Shown here one piece after another: positions 25,133 to 37,807 of a stretch of DNA of 64,000 nt. The notes under the pieces are model-generated. The model did not search any database and had not been told where the DNA came from. It saw only the letters and a list, made by a program, of their open reading frames with translations. The stretch covers positions 1,646,627-1,710,626 of the forward strand of contig MU004230.1 of NCBI GenBank assembly GCA_010405405.1. The letters are read 5' to 3'. How positions within the stretch are numbered: position 1 is the stretch's first letter; the number at the start of each line of letters is the position of its first letter. Both the position numbers and the translations under genes were made by a program. This stretch comes from Microthyrium microscopicum. Its lineage: Eukaryota.

Positions 25133-26296
25133 GTTGTTTCATAGGACGAAGTATCGGAATATCACTTAGGTTTCGATTGTACAAAAGATAGGAAATCACA
25201 GAGCAGGCATGAAATAAAGCGCAAGTAATATCTTTGCTCGCTTTTATCACACAGCTTTTTAGCCACCATTGTAGTTGGTGAAGTTATTCTACGTAATCTA
25301 CTGCTCACTCTACGCGAGCATGAAAATCTTGAATAGAGACTTAAAGCAGCAGCAGCGGTGGTAATGAATGGTGCCGGTCTAAGCAATTCAAATGATCTCG
25401 TTTAATAGGCCCAAGATTATTACACGAGTCAATGACACTATCCGTATGTTTCGCTGCCTTATGATGGCTGCTTTAGAGCGCTGACAAACCTAGAGTGCTC
25501 AGCGGAACATATAGCGGCAAGCACAGCACATATGGCCTATCGTTATCAGCTCCCGCACTTTCTGTTTGTTTAAGTACGAAACAACGCTCAATACTTAGTA
25601 CTCTCATACAAATTCCTTTCCATTTCGAGCATTGAAGTCAAACTAGGAACAAACTCGCGAGCGTTAAGAGAGCAAATTAACTTTCTGCTTTACCAGTAAG
25701 GATGCCAAATGTTTTAGATCAGTAATTTTCAGCATGGACTCATCTATAGTCCCGAAATCCTCCGAATACTTCTGTCCAGTTACCCACGCTGAGTTCATGA
25801 GATACTTCACCAATGTCATTTCTCCAACCAGTCACGAAAGTGCAGCAAACTACCTACCTTAGTCCAAACGTATCAACTACCTACTCAGTGTCAGTACAAA
25901 GCGTCTCAAATAGTCCATCTCCGAGTCAGCTCGAGTACACCTGTACCATATGTTTTTGGTGGTTCTAGATATCATCTTCTTTCGCCGGCGTTCGGCCTTC
26001 GTCGGCGCCGAGATTTGATGCTCGTTCCAGCAAGTCAGGGACAATCTGACATTTTGATGTCAACAAATTCGTCGCCGAAAGCCTTTGATCGGTCTGAATA
26101 AGGGGCTTCTTGTGTCATCGAGGAAAATCTTGTAGGCAGAAAGGTATGACTTGAAATGTCAGTATTTTACTCTCCCATCCACCGTTATTCCGATAAAATG
26201 AACAAATTTCATGAATGATTCAACCTTCATTCATCTTTTTCAAACATTCTCTGTCCAGCTAATTGCGTGTTCTCTATTCCTCAACCTCTTGTCATC

Positions 26297-27839
26297 ATGC
26301 AATATCACGATCAGGAATCAACAACTTCTAACCAGGACTTGGAGAAAGCCAGTGCCCCAGATGGTTCACATTCAGACATCGTAGAGCCAACAACAAAATC
26401 AGAGATACCTAGAGGAGTGAACCCTTGGGATCCCAGCCAATTTCCAGATGGAGGACTCAAAGCATGGCTTGTCGTTGCTGGGAGCTTTTCTTGTCTGTTT
26501 TGCAGTTTTGGATGGATCAATTGTAAGTTGCTCGGTGTGTTCCACCAATTCACAGTTTAACGCGTGCTCTAGGTATTGGAATTTTCCAGGACTACTATCA
26601 AACCCACCAACTGAAAGAATTTTCACCAAGTACAATCTCATGGATTGGTTCACTTGAGGTGGCTCTTATGCTGTTCGGGGTAAGTAGACATCACCATTAT
26701 AACATACTTCGAAGTCGTCACTAAAGGAAACAAGGGATTATTTGTGGGAAGGATTTATGATAACTTTGGTCCTCGCCCTCTCCTTATTTTCGGTACCTTC
26801 TTTCATGTGTTTGGGCTCATGATGACTTCAATATCGACTGAATACTACCAAATTCTTCTTGCGCAGGGGATATGTAGTCCCATTGGCATCGCCTGTCTTT
26901 TCACTCCTGGTGAGTCCGACGTATTCTCGATTTGCTCAGTAGCTTACAGTTCTAGCTACGAACTCAGTAGTAACGTGGTTCATGAAGAGACGAGCGTTTG
27001 CTATTGGCATAGTAGCGTCTGGCTCTAGTTTGGGTGGCGTGATATTTCCTATCATGTTCAACAAGCTGATTGCAGAAGTTGGATTTGGCTGGGCCATGCG
27101 TATTTCTGCATTCCTGATTCTCGCCATGCTCATTTTCGCTATACTCACTGTGGAGCCACGCATGTCTCCATTACCGACGCCATTCAAAGTGTCGCAATAC
27201 ACACAAGCACTCAAAGAATGGCCTTTCGTCCTTACCACAATTTCTGCATTCCTTTTCTATCTCGGACTGTTCATTCCTATCAACTACATTCAGACTCAAG
27301 CTATCGAGTTTGGCATGGAGGCCTCCTTAGCGGCGTACTTGATTCCAATCTTGAATGCAGCAAGGTAAGTCATACTACCTCCATAGCACTTACATTCGAC
27401 TAATTCTGCTAGTATCTTCGGCCGAGTCTGTCCCGGCTATGCTGCCGACAAGATCGGAAAATACAACGTAAACATCATCACCTGTTTCCTTTCTGGAATT
27501 ATGTGCTTGGCTCTCTGGCTTCCTGGCAACTCGAATGCCGCCATAATTGTCTTCGCGGCATTATATGGATTCAGCTCTGGCGCCTTCGTTTCTCTACTCT
27601 TTGCGCTTATTGCACAGATTTCGGATATGAGAGAGATTGGCATGCGTTCCGGCTTCATGTGTGCTATCCTCGCTATACCATCTCTCGTCAGTAATCCAAT
27701 TGGTGGGGCTCTCATTACTCATGATCATGGTCAGTTCCGTGATGTCCAAATTTGGGCAGGCGTCATCATGTTGGCAGGCGCTTGTATGTTCGTTGTCACC
27801 CGAACCGCCATGGTTGGCTTCCGGTTTGTAAAGGTCTAA
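26297..27839 (+). CDS. MFS monocarboxylate-type transporter (multi-exon)
   Basis: [58 protein letters not shown] and [11 protein letters not shown] are MCT/Mch-family motifs. Confidence 0.93.
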
Positions 27840-29563
27840 TCTGTAATTTATCTTCTGTGCCTGCCCATATAACTCATAGAAGTACTTCGGTGGATAATAC
27901 TCCAACTCTACTCTTCATTAGACTTAGAATAATCATTCAGTAATCATCTTGACAATCGGTCGCTCTGTTTTGAACGGGCTTTTGATGTACCCAGCGCATA
28001 CCTAGAAACATGTCAAAGGAATCCATCAGCTCATAGGAGGTACATTCTCTGAAGCATTGCAATTTCTGTGCACTTTACACATAGCCTTTCGAGTACATTG
28101 CCAAACTTGCCACGCGCTCCTTGCATTGCTGGTAAACAGTAGTAGCATATCATAGGACTTTCGAGCTATTCTCTTTCTCCAGTATTACTCTCCAGATATT
28201 AACCTAAATATGATGATCAACTGTCTACATCACTGTACAACATCATGTCTTGGCCGCATCATTTAGTGACAAGCTCTCAGTTTCTCATAAAGTACTACAA
28301 TTCTCATTGTGAGCTCATATTATAATCGAATATTTCTGAAAGAACAATTAAGTAAGAGATCTCCAACTGGTACTCATCGCGATTGGTGGCATAGTTATAT
28401 TGCGATAATCAAGACGACATCATTCTTTATGTCGAATCGTAATGTTACGCTTTTCACAAATTGTGGGAACGCCGTATATGGAACGAAAATATTCCAGTGA
28501 GGAGAAACGTGGGGCTCAAAATAGACACCATAGGGTAAACAATTATTATAGTCGGCATATCCGTAAGGTCCAGATTCTCTTATACAATGCACGAACGAAT
28601 TACACAGCACTCGAAAACCGGTTGCAGTGCGCAACTAACTTATGACACGAACTTGCCAAAGCGTCTTATGGCCAATGGGTAACACGAGTTTATCATTTCC
28701 TGGTTTTTGGTACTGGTTTGCCCCTTGAATTGCCTATGTGTGCCTGTTATATGGTGTTGTCCAGGCGTTCAGAATAGCCCTGATGCATAAATCTATGGAA
28801 GTGACAGGTTCCTGAAATGCGGTAAGGTATGGATTGGATCAATTCTCATAATGTTTTGTTTTCCTGGAGTTAAAACGTTCTCTAATATTAGCTACGGACA
28901 AAATAGCTTGTAACACAATGACAATGCATATCGTTCTACAGTACTGCATTTCATTGGATCTGAGGGTTCATACACATCATACCAAGAACCATTATTGAAT
29001 CAGTTCTCAACAATCTCGCCACACAGCATCTAGAGATCGAATCAACATCACCATCGTCTTGGCTCGAAACAGTTAGTCAGGACAAGCTTTCAGAAGTTTC
29101 CAGGTTTCTGGCTGGGCAACTATGTTTGAGCTTTTACTGCTATTGTTTCCTAACACAATAATGTCACTACAATAGCAAGGATTAAGTGTGCTATATATTG
29201 CTAAAATGACGATCTAACCACAGTGTTTTTCGCCAAGCCATTCTAATTGGGAAAGCATGGTATCACATCCCCCAGATTTTCACCTAGTATACTATGCCGC
29301 AGTGGCCAAATGCTAGAAGCCCTTGTATCGACAGTCGATCATCCGGTCGTAGGTTATTGTGAGCTTGTCATGCCATGTTCAATTGACACCATTGCTCGCA
29401 CCATGCCGAACCCGATGTCCGAGTGGAAATTGGTTTCTCGTATCATTTGGCGCTGAAGTTGTGTATATAAATCAAGAGTGAACCTCCCCAACTACGGTTC
29501 AGAATATCCAACACTCAACATACAATCTTTTCATCAACTCTTCAATACCACAATCCTTTCATC

Positions 29564-30118
29564 ATGTACTTTATGAAATCAGCTTTCATTGCTATCCTTG
29601 GCCTTGGAGCCTTGGCTCTTGCTGCTCCAGCTCCACCTCAAGGGTGAGTTCACTCAACCATGGTCTCCCTCATCCTCTCTGTGATCAATCAGTTCGTTGT
29701 CCAAGCCCTGTGCTTGCCCGTTCCAATTGCTCTCATAGAAGGTCACTGCCAGGCCAGGCATATTTTCCTGCAACCGCTCGCTAACACGACATAGCCGTCC
29801 AGGAAACTTCAGAGGCCCAGAAGGCCCTGGCCCAAGGGGTCCAGGAGGTCCAGGCCCACGAGGACCAGGTCCAAATGGTCCACCCGGCGGCTTCAGAGAC
29901 GTAAGCGCTCGATGGCACTATGACTATCATGATAGCTTGATACTGACGTCTTTTTAGGGTCCTCGCGGACCACCAGGCCCACCAGGCGGTTTCAGAGATG
30001 TAAGTGGAGCACTAAGACTCATAATTGCTTGAAGTACTGTGATTGATATGGCGGCTTTATACTGACATGTTTTCAGGGCCCTCGCGGACCACCAGGCCCT
30101 CCAGGTCGTCCCTTTTAA
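29564..30118 (+). CDS. Small secreted Gly-Pro-rich collagen-like protein (89 aa, 4 exons; not in the ORF track)
   Basis: Exons 29564-29643, 29795-29900, 29958-29999 and 30077-30118 have canonical GT..CTRAC..AG introns and splice in frame to a signal peptide followed by GP repeats. TATATAAA lies ~100 nt upstream. Confidence 0.88.
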
Positions 30119-31289
30119 GTTCGAGATCGATAGGTCTGTTTAGCTATTGAACAGGGAGGAACTGATACTGGTGCCTCTACCTATTGTAAGGCTAGAGTTG
30201 ACCTAGCTAGCTCTTGTCCATGGGCCATTGCTGAACTGTACTATTCTTGTGTAATATTGAAAAAAAGAAATCAATCAAACGTTCGAATGCAAAGATAGCG
30301 TTAACATGCTCAGGAGTTGTGTATGATGAAAGTAATTGTTTTCGTTTCTACAATTCAATAATTCGATGACGGATGAGGTAATGGCAGTGTACGGAATACA
30401 GAGACCCGACTTGTCTGCCATTGATGAGTAAGATCTGTAAAACTGCCGGACAGTGCCTACTAGACCTGGAAAGTCGCAACGAGCAAGTATAACAGTCGGC
30501 TCGACGGCGCGATACTAAGTCTCACTCGCGTGTGCTTGGGTCTAAACGACCAACTCCCGGAAGAAAGATTGGCGCTTCCGAAGAGCAAAATAATTGAGAA
30601 ATCATGCAGCTAGCCTTCACTCTTCCATACTCTCGGTACAGAGTGGGACTTGCGCCGTACTCGGTTCGCCGTAGAAAAACCTACATGTTATCCCTGTATT
30701 GATAAGACGCGCTTGTAAAGGGACAGTTTCCTATGCTTGAAGCACGATGGATGTTCAAACAGGCTTGTTGGATGAAGAAGCAATGATTTCTCTTGAGAGA
30801 GAAGTAGGAGGTGAGATAGTTGTAGATGCGTGGGGTGAGGAAGCTGAAACAACGTGAATGGTTGAAACTGGACTTCCACGTTTTTACAAAGATCTGTGCG
30901 TGGCGCCCAAACGTGGCTTAGTGGTTCCTCCCGTTCCGCGGCCAGAGTGCTGCCAACTCCATTTCTCAGTTCGGCTACAGTTGTCGCACGACAGGGTCAA
31001 CAACACCAGACTTAGTCAGTTCCAGCTCGGATGGGAAATAAGACCCGCAGATTGCAGCAGTGGAACATGCATGGCTGGTGGACTTTGTTGGACGGTCTAG
31101 CTTTTGCGAACGCACGCTGCGCGCGGGATCCACTCCCTCTCCTTTGCCAACCCCCCGCGTTCGTTCGTTCCAAGTTTCAACATCAGATAATAGCTACTTT
31201 TCTCTCCTCCTACTTCTCCTTTGCCCAATCTCAACATCCTCTTCGCCTTCTCCGTCATACTGTTCGCTCTACGTAGATCGCTCGTCAAA

Positions 31290-32805
31290 ATGTCCGATCC
31301 AGTGACCCAACCTCAATCCGCCGATGCCGAAACTGACGGTTATCACTCTGCCTCCCCTAGCCTTCATGACGGAAAACTCAACGAGCTAGATAATGTACCC
31401 GAGCAGTCACTAGACTTTACACATTACAATTCAGATGCGCGAGACTACGATACCGACCACGATTACGATGCTGATAGCGCTATCGATAACGAATCTTTGA
31501 TTGGCGACGATACACGATCCCTCAACTCCACTGTCACCAGTTATAGATATGAGCATGGTCGACGATATCATGCGTATAAAGATGGCGCATATTGGGTAAG
31601 AAATTTCCCGACTTGGTGCTTTGATACGTGGAACGTCTTGTTCTCAGACCTAGGCTCTCCAAAGCCAAAGTCAGAACTTGAGATTATTCGAATAGACATG
31701 TCTTCAGAGTCAAGAGATATTGTGACAAGACTTCAAAATCACATTGAACGTCTGCAATACTTCGTGAAAAATTAGGAGCATGCGACTTGTCACATCAAAC
31801 AATCGCAAGCTTTGAAGCCCAGGAGATTTCTTGCTTACAAAATCCAGGGTCCAAATGACGAAAATGCGAACGAAATCCAAGATCTTGCTCACCACATGTA
31901 TCTTCTCACGTTAAACAACAAACTTCACCTAGCGCCCATAGATCAACCACATGTAAAGACCACCAGTCAAAGCGAATGTTCAGTCAGCTAATACAAAGCT
32001 TTAGAACGTCCTCGATGTTGGATGCGGTACTGGCATGTGGGCAATCGACATGGCCGATCAGTATCCTTCCGCCGTGGTTCTAGGAGTAGACCTATCACCC
32101 ATTCAGCCAGCATTCGTACCACCAAACTGTCATTTTGAAGTAGACGACCTCACACTAGAGTGGACCTTTCAGGAAGATTTCTTCGAGTTCATACACGTCC
32201 GAGAAATGTTTGGCAGCATACCAGATTGGGATGAGTTCTTTGACCAATGCTTCCGATGCACAAAATCTGGTGGCTGGATTGAAGTAGTCGAGCATGCGGT
32301 TACACCAATCTCACGGGATGGCACACAAGCAGAAGATCATTTCTACCACGAATGGGGTCGAACAGTGGTTGAGATGGGGCAAAAGAATGGAAAATCGTTT
32401 ACGATCTGGGAAGAGGCGAAAGAACGGCTGGAGAAAGCAGGCTACGTTGATGTTCATGAGGTGCATTATGACTGGCCAATGAATGGTTGGTCGAATGATC
32501 CCAAGATGAGAGATATTGGACGATGGAATCAGCTCCGATTACATTCTGGTATTGAGGGGTTCATGCTGAGGCTATTGACATCAGTTGGCGATGTATGTGC
32601 CCGAGGGTTCATTTTTTGTTGACATTATGCTGACTTTTGGTTAGTGGTCCTATGAGAAAGCTCAATGCTTCATGGCGGACATGCGAAAAGCTTTGCGTGA
32701 CTACTCTGTCCATGCTTATCTTCCCGGGCAAGTATCCATCTCCTTTAACTCGATTGATAGCTGATAAATTATGCTAGTACGGTTGTGTATGGACGAAAAC
32801 CTTGA
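31290..32805 (+). CDS. SAM-dependent methyltransferase, LaeA-like/TAM family (multi-exon)
   Basis: YRYEHGRRYHAYKDGAYW/GPNDE, LHLAPI, VLDVGCGTGMWAIDMAD, GVDLSPIQP..VPPNCHFEVDD and terminal VYGRKP are the standard motifs of this fungal family. Confidence 0.93.
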
Positions 32806-35094
32806 TCCAGTTGGCCACATCTTCAGAAGAAATCAGCTTTTCTAGAAGTTGATGCAAGATGATGCGGCGCTTTGGGCCACGGGTAGCGCACATGAAGTCG
32901 GGAAGGACCATTCCACAGTGTTCCTATCGCAACTTCCGGCTTGTCGCTCAAGTCGAAGCCTGGAGTATAGCCAGATGCTCGGCCTCATTTCTACCTGCAA
33001 AATGCCCATATCCGACTATCACAATCTTCGGATTCTACAAAGGCAATCCGACGATGAAAGATATGATCTTCTCAGGCTAAATCGTTGACAACAGTCGGAT
33101 ACGCCTCGTTGTGACGCGGCTGGTCAAGACCGGAACCGCCGGATGTAATCGTCGGAGCTAATCGTCGGTCAACTGTCAACACAATATGAGTCTTTGCTAG
33201 ATCAATTGTTATGGTTTGTATTATTCATCGGATCTGAGGGATGTACTGGCTACTTCCGAGAATATAAATGCGGATAATGCACCTGGTCATTGGCTGTGTT
33301 TGTAATTTCTTCATTCCACTATACTGTTTTTGTCGATATGGGTTGCTGTCATGATCCGACGCAACGCTTCAAGTGGCCGATTAGTTACAGGCCTGGAATT
33401 GATCTTCCAAGCAAATTGCTATTAGTTTTCGATATGTCAATACGTTGTATAGAGGGGCAAGCTATTAGAATGCCCACCAACTGTACTTAGCTCCGAGCTC
33501 GGGGATCTGACAATTGATAAGTGTCAAGAAAAAGAAAACATTGAATCGCGCGACATAAATCAAATAATTGGGTATTTGCATAAACAATGCAGGCAGAACA
33601 ATATATAAATGATTGTCCCTTCAGTTTGACCCGACTCAATGCCATGAAAACTCCGACAGGTAATTCAAATTGCAGCATCTCCAAGTACGGGACATCTAGA
33701 AGGTGTGGACTTTAAACTGGTGTACTAGGTATTGTTAACAAGATTTTGAGACCAGCGATTGAAGCCAATTTGAAAGTCTGTTTGGCTGGATTGCTGCAGA
33801 CAAGTCATGTCACGGTCATAAAAACATGAAGTTGAAATAACCATGTGGAGTACAGCAGGTACCGCAGGGTGCCTTTCCCATCCGCCGTGTAAGCGCTCAG
33901 AGCTTGGGGTAAAGGGGCATCGCTGTCTTTTTCTGTGTACGTCACACATCAATTCCGCCAAGCTCCGCTTTGTCAGGAATATGATCTTATTCCGTGCCAC
34001 ACTCGCTCGAAGTAATGAGATTACATAGCTACAAACGATCGATCTGAATACCGACACCGACATTGAGCGAAGAAACCGTCTTCTCAAACGAGATAAGCGA
34101 ACAACCATGACTTGCATGGTCAACGACTTCGTACACAAGATGTTCCCAAAGAGGATGCTGCCTGACTGCTTTAGGCGCGGTTCGTATCTGCAGCTGCAAC
34201 TCAAATTGCGGATCCGAACTGTTGTATGCAATGACTAATCCCTGATCATGTTCTCGAAGCTTACATACAGGGGAACCAACGAGCCTCAAACAGAACCACT
34301 GCATGACGTGCCACAGATAGTTTGAAAGTCTACCTAAGTTCACTATAGTGATTTAAATTTGAAGCTGAGCTTAGCATCCTATTCGCCATGTCGATGACTC
34401 GGTCTTGCTATTTGTCCGTCAGCGCGGGAAACATTCGGCCAAGGCTACACTTCTTCCAACAGCGTGCTATGCCATATTACGTCGAATTACTGAACCCGAT
34501 GCAGTGGTAGAAGGTTCGTGAAGTGACAGTCATACTTTTAAGAAAGTTGAAGGCGAATCGTAAAGAACATGTGCATGTATCCGCCATACGCCGAGTTGTA
34601 GCCTATAATGATTCCATGTATTACTGGTCTGCGCCGCTCAGCCTCCCATGAGATTCCGTATATCTTGATAGCTCTAACAAATTGTTTATGTATACGTTCA
34701 GCCACCTTGTAATTCTACATGTTTTCACACCGATTGATCTTACACTTTCCTTTTTAGAGTAACCTACTAGGAAGCTAGCTGCAGGTAAACTCATGCTTTT
34801 CTAGAAAAGCTGCAGGTATTCAGCCTTCACTTGGCTATGCATGCTATTTCCGATTTAGCTCTAGTCATCATTTTCTATATATCAAAGAAGATTGAAACAG
34901 TTAACATGGTAACAATACCCCTGGAGTGTATATATATCATTAATAATCCTGCTAGTTTTCAAGGCAAATTGTTGATTCCTCATCTTCAAATCGTATATCT
35001 AACAAGTGGCAGAGTCTTGGCTTTCTCAATTCAGATTCCATTGCCATATTGTCGAATCTTATTGGTACAACCAACAAAAACAACACTACCCAAC

Positions 35095-36026
35095 ATGAAC
35101 AATACCCGCTTACCTGCAGCTCTCACTAGCATCGAAGGATTGGAAAATGCTATGGAAGATCTGACAGACGACCAATGGCCAAGAGCTATGGGAGTTTTGC
35201 GCCGAGAATTGAGAACTATGGACGAATTCAGACTCTTCAGCTCTTCCTATCCAATCGAGCTGCAAACCCGAGTTCTATCGATCGTTCAGAGATTCGCATA
35301 CTACGACCCTAATGTGGGCGACATTTCTGATATCTCCACCTGGTGCCTTGAAAGATGGTTACTGCTCCTCAATGGAAACTCTCGTGAAGTGGGAGTTCTC
35401 AGAGGCAAGTCCACTTCTTATTGGGTTTGGTTCTTGCTAACAAGATGTACCAGGACTTGGTGAATATTGGAATCTCAGAGGCCAACAAATCTTACATCGC
35501 ATTAGAGCCAACAGCTCTTCCTCTGGAGACTCTTCGGAGGCTGATAGAGGTGCTCCTAGAGCGTTTCTCAACCGTGAGTTCTCCACAATTCCAACTTTTT
35601 CACTCACCTCTGCTAATGACGAATCCAAGGAGTTCATACTCAAGCTCATGTTGAGGCAAGGGGGCTTCTTCAGCCAAGTGCAGATTACTATCAACGAGCT
35701 GTCACTCTCGCTCAAGGAAATGACACCTTGGACGGGGATCTTTTGTCCGAAGTAAGTCCAAAAAGTTCCGAAAGCAGATGAACATGTCTGAATACTGATT
35801 GACCCAGGCCGCCGAATCGCACATCAACATAGGCTCAGTGACGAGTGGTCGAGAATCTCAAGGGTACTTCCAGCGAGCAATTCGATATCTTAGGGCAGCA
35901 TCCTTGTTTGACGACTATGAGCTTTCTGAAGATCTGCAACGGTAAGTACTTAAACATGCCAACTTTAACATCAACTTACTAATCATTTCCAGGTATCTTG
36001 ACGACTATGGGCAATATGTTGATTAG
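35095..36026 (+). CDS. Conserved fungal hypothetical helical protein (5 exons, one GC-AG intron)
   Basis: Spliced by eye: MNNTRLP...WCLERWLLLL...GLGEYWNLRGQ...HVEARGLLQPSADYYQRAV...DLLSE/AAESHINIGS...YFQRAIRYLRAA.../YLDDYGQYVD stop. All frames join through consensus splice sites. Confidence 0.8.
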
Positions 36027-36947
36027 GCTGAGACCTGTTGCTTTTTTTCATTTTCGAAGTTAAGCGAGTTCAAACTTATGCGAGAGATACCCAATGGTCA
36101 CCCTGCTGGAGGAAAGAAGGCGTTTTGCATCACCGTCGTTTCCTCGAGGCTGCATGAATTTTGAGACGGCGTTGAAGGTACTTATTAGCTTGGATCGGAG
36201 CCGCGGCGGATCGATGTTATCTTCTTTCTATCAAAAAACCGTGGTACGATCTTTATTCATTCCAAATGTCGTTATTAGCGTACTGTGCCGCAAGTTGTTA
36301 GTAGTCCGCATTGCCGCAAGTGCAGCGGCAATGCATATATACCATCTAAATGACAGTTCTTCAAATCGAACTGAGTTCCTTTGATTGCCGTCCACATTGT
36401 ATTCGTTTTTAAAATGCAATGGCACTTCTGCGGCCCGCTTAAGATGCCGCAGATGCAATGTGAAGTTGGAGTGCAAGGCTGCACAAGGCTGAATCACGTG
36501 GTCTTGATCAATTGGTGCTCAACTGTCTATGGCCTGGCAGAATTCGCAGCACTAAAGGCTTGCTATCAGTAACTCCTGTGATACTCTCTGATACTCTTCT
36601 AGTACTAGAAAATACTGAATACCGAAAACCGAAGTGTTTAGTGATTTGGAATGGCGTTAAGCAAGAATAAACCTGCAAGATCTGCAGCTTTGTCATTCTC
36701 TCTGAAGCTACCGATAACCCCTGCTAGCATCGACTTGACTGCGCTAAAACAAACGTGCGTTTTCCGCGCTGCGCTAAGCGCATTACAGATTTGTCAACTT
36801 CCTCCCAACTTCATTTGATAGACAGCCCGTGAAGCTATCGCGCGACCATTGATCCATTTGGAATCTTGCCATTTTCGTCATCGCAAGTTCATTCCAAGCT
36901 TACACCTCACTCACACTCAGCCCATCAACCCTTCCGCATTCTTCAAA

Positions 36948-37337
36948 ATGTTTGACGAACACGAACTCGCCATACATCCTCTTGTCCCTGAAAGCGTCCA
37001 GCACAACGTGCGAGTACGTCTCCCTCATCAATCCCCGATTTCTCATACAAACCTTGTCTAACGCACCTTCTAGGTCATCTCCAACATCCGGTCCCTCAGC
37101 GCATCACTCATCGGCGCAGTCGCTGGCACCCTCGGCCTCGAAAGCTACCCCGGCTTTGCATTCTACCTGCTCGGAACCGTCATAACCAGCTTGCTCATCT
37201 ACATATTCCTGGCAGAAGGCAACGTGAAGCGCTACTTTTTCCGGCCGACTGCTGATCTGTGGATGGGAGATATGTTTGGAAGCTTTATGAGCTTTGTTTT
37301 GACCTGGACGCTGTTTTATGGCATGGTACGGACATGA
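36948..37337 (+). CDS. EMC6: ER membrane protein complex subunit 6
   Basis: MFDEHELAIHPLVPESVQHNVR, intron, then VISNIRSLSASLIGAVAGTLGLESYPGFAFY...SFVLTWTLFYGMVRT, the EMC6/Rab5ip signature. Confidence 0.93.
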
Positions 37338-37807
37338 GAGTTGGAAATGCGGATGTATGTGCGGACTAGGATCAGCATTGGCGAGGCGTTTTGGCATTGA
37401 CTTTGGGAATATGTATGAAATAGGCGAGCTTGCGGATGTGGTGGCTTGCAGAGAGGTGCCGCAAGTAGTTGGACAGCTGAGGCCGTGAAGTACATGCCGC
37501 AATATGCCGCTGTAAATGATCAGACCATAATTCGTTGAGCATTCTGGTCAACACTATAATGGCTTCCTCTATCAGACACTGAAAATATGTATGAAGAGGG
37601 TTGACCTGAGAAGTCCCAGTATTCGAGGCTGGACAGATCGCATCAGACATGAATGCAGAGTTCGCAGACCCCAGTTAGGCTGTTGGAAATAATGAGCACA
37701 AAGATCGAGTCGAAATATATATCTTTCGTTGACTGTAATATTAATCTCTTTATTGTGTTCGTCAATGCTATAGAGTCTCGTAATATCTGCGTGAAAAGCG
37801 TCCAATC

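Noticed and set aside
22900..32805. Secondary-metabolite or RiPP cluster (TF, MFS, repeat peptide, methyltransferase)
   Set aside because: No backbone enzyme and no DUF3328/UstY oxidase. The GP-rich peptide lacks KR/RR Kex2 sites, and the genes are widely spaced.
33700..34350. Overlapping 60-170 aa ORFs
   Set aside because: No recognisable motif, and I could not build a consistent spliced model.
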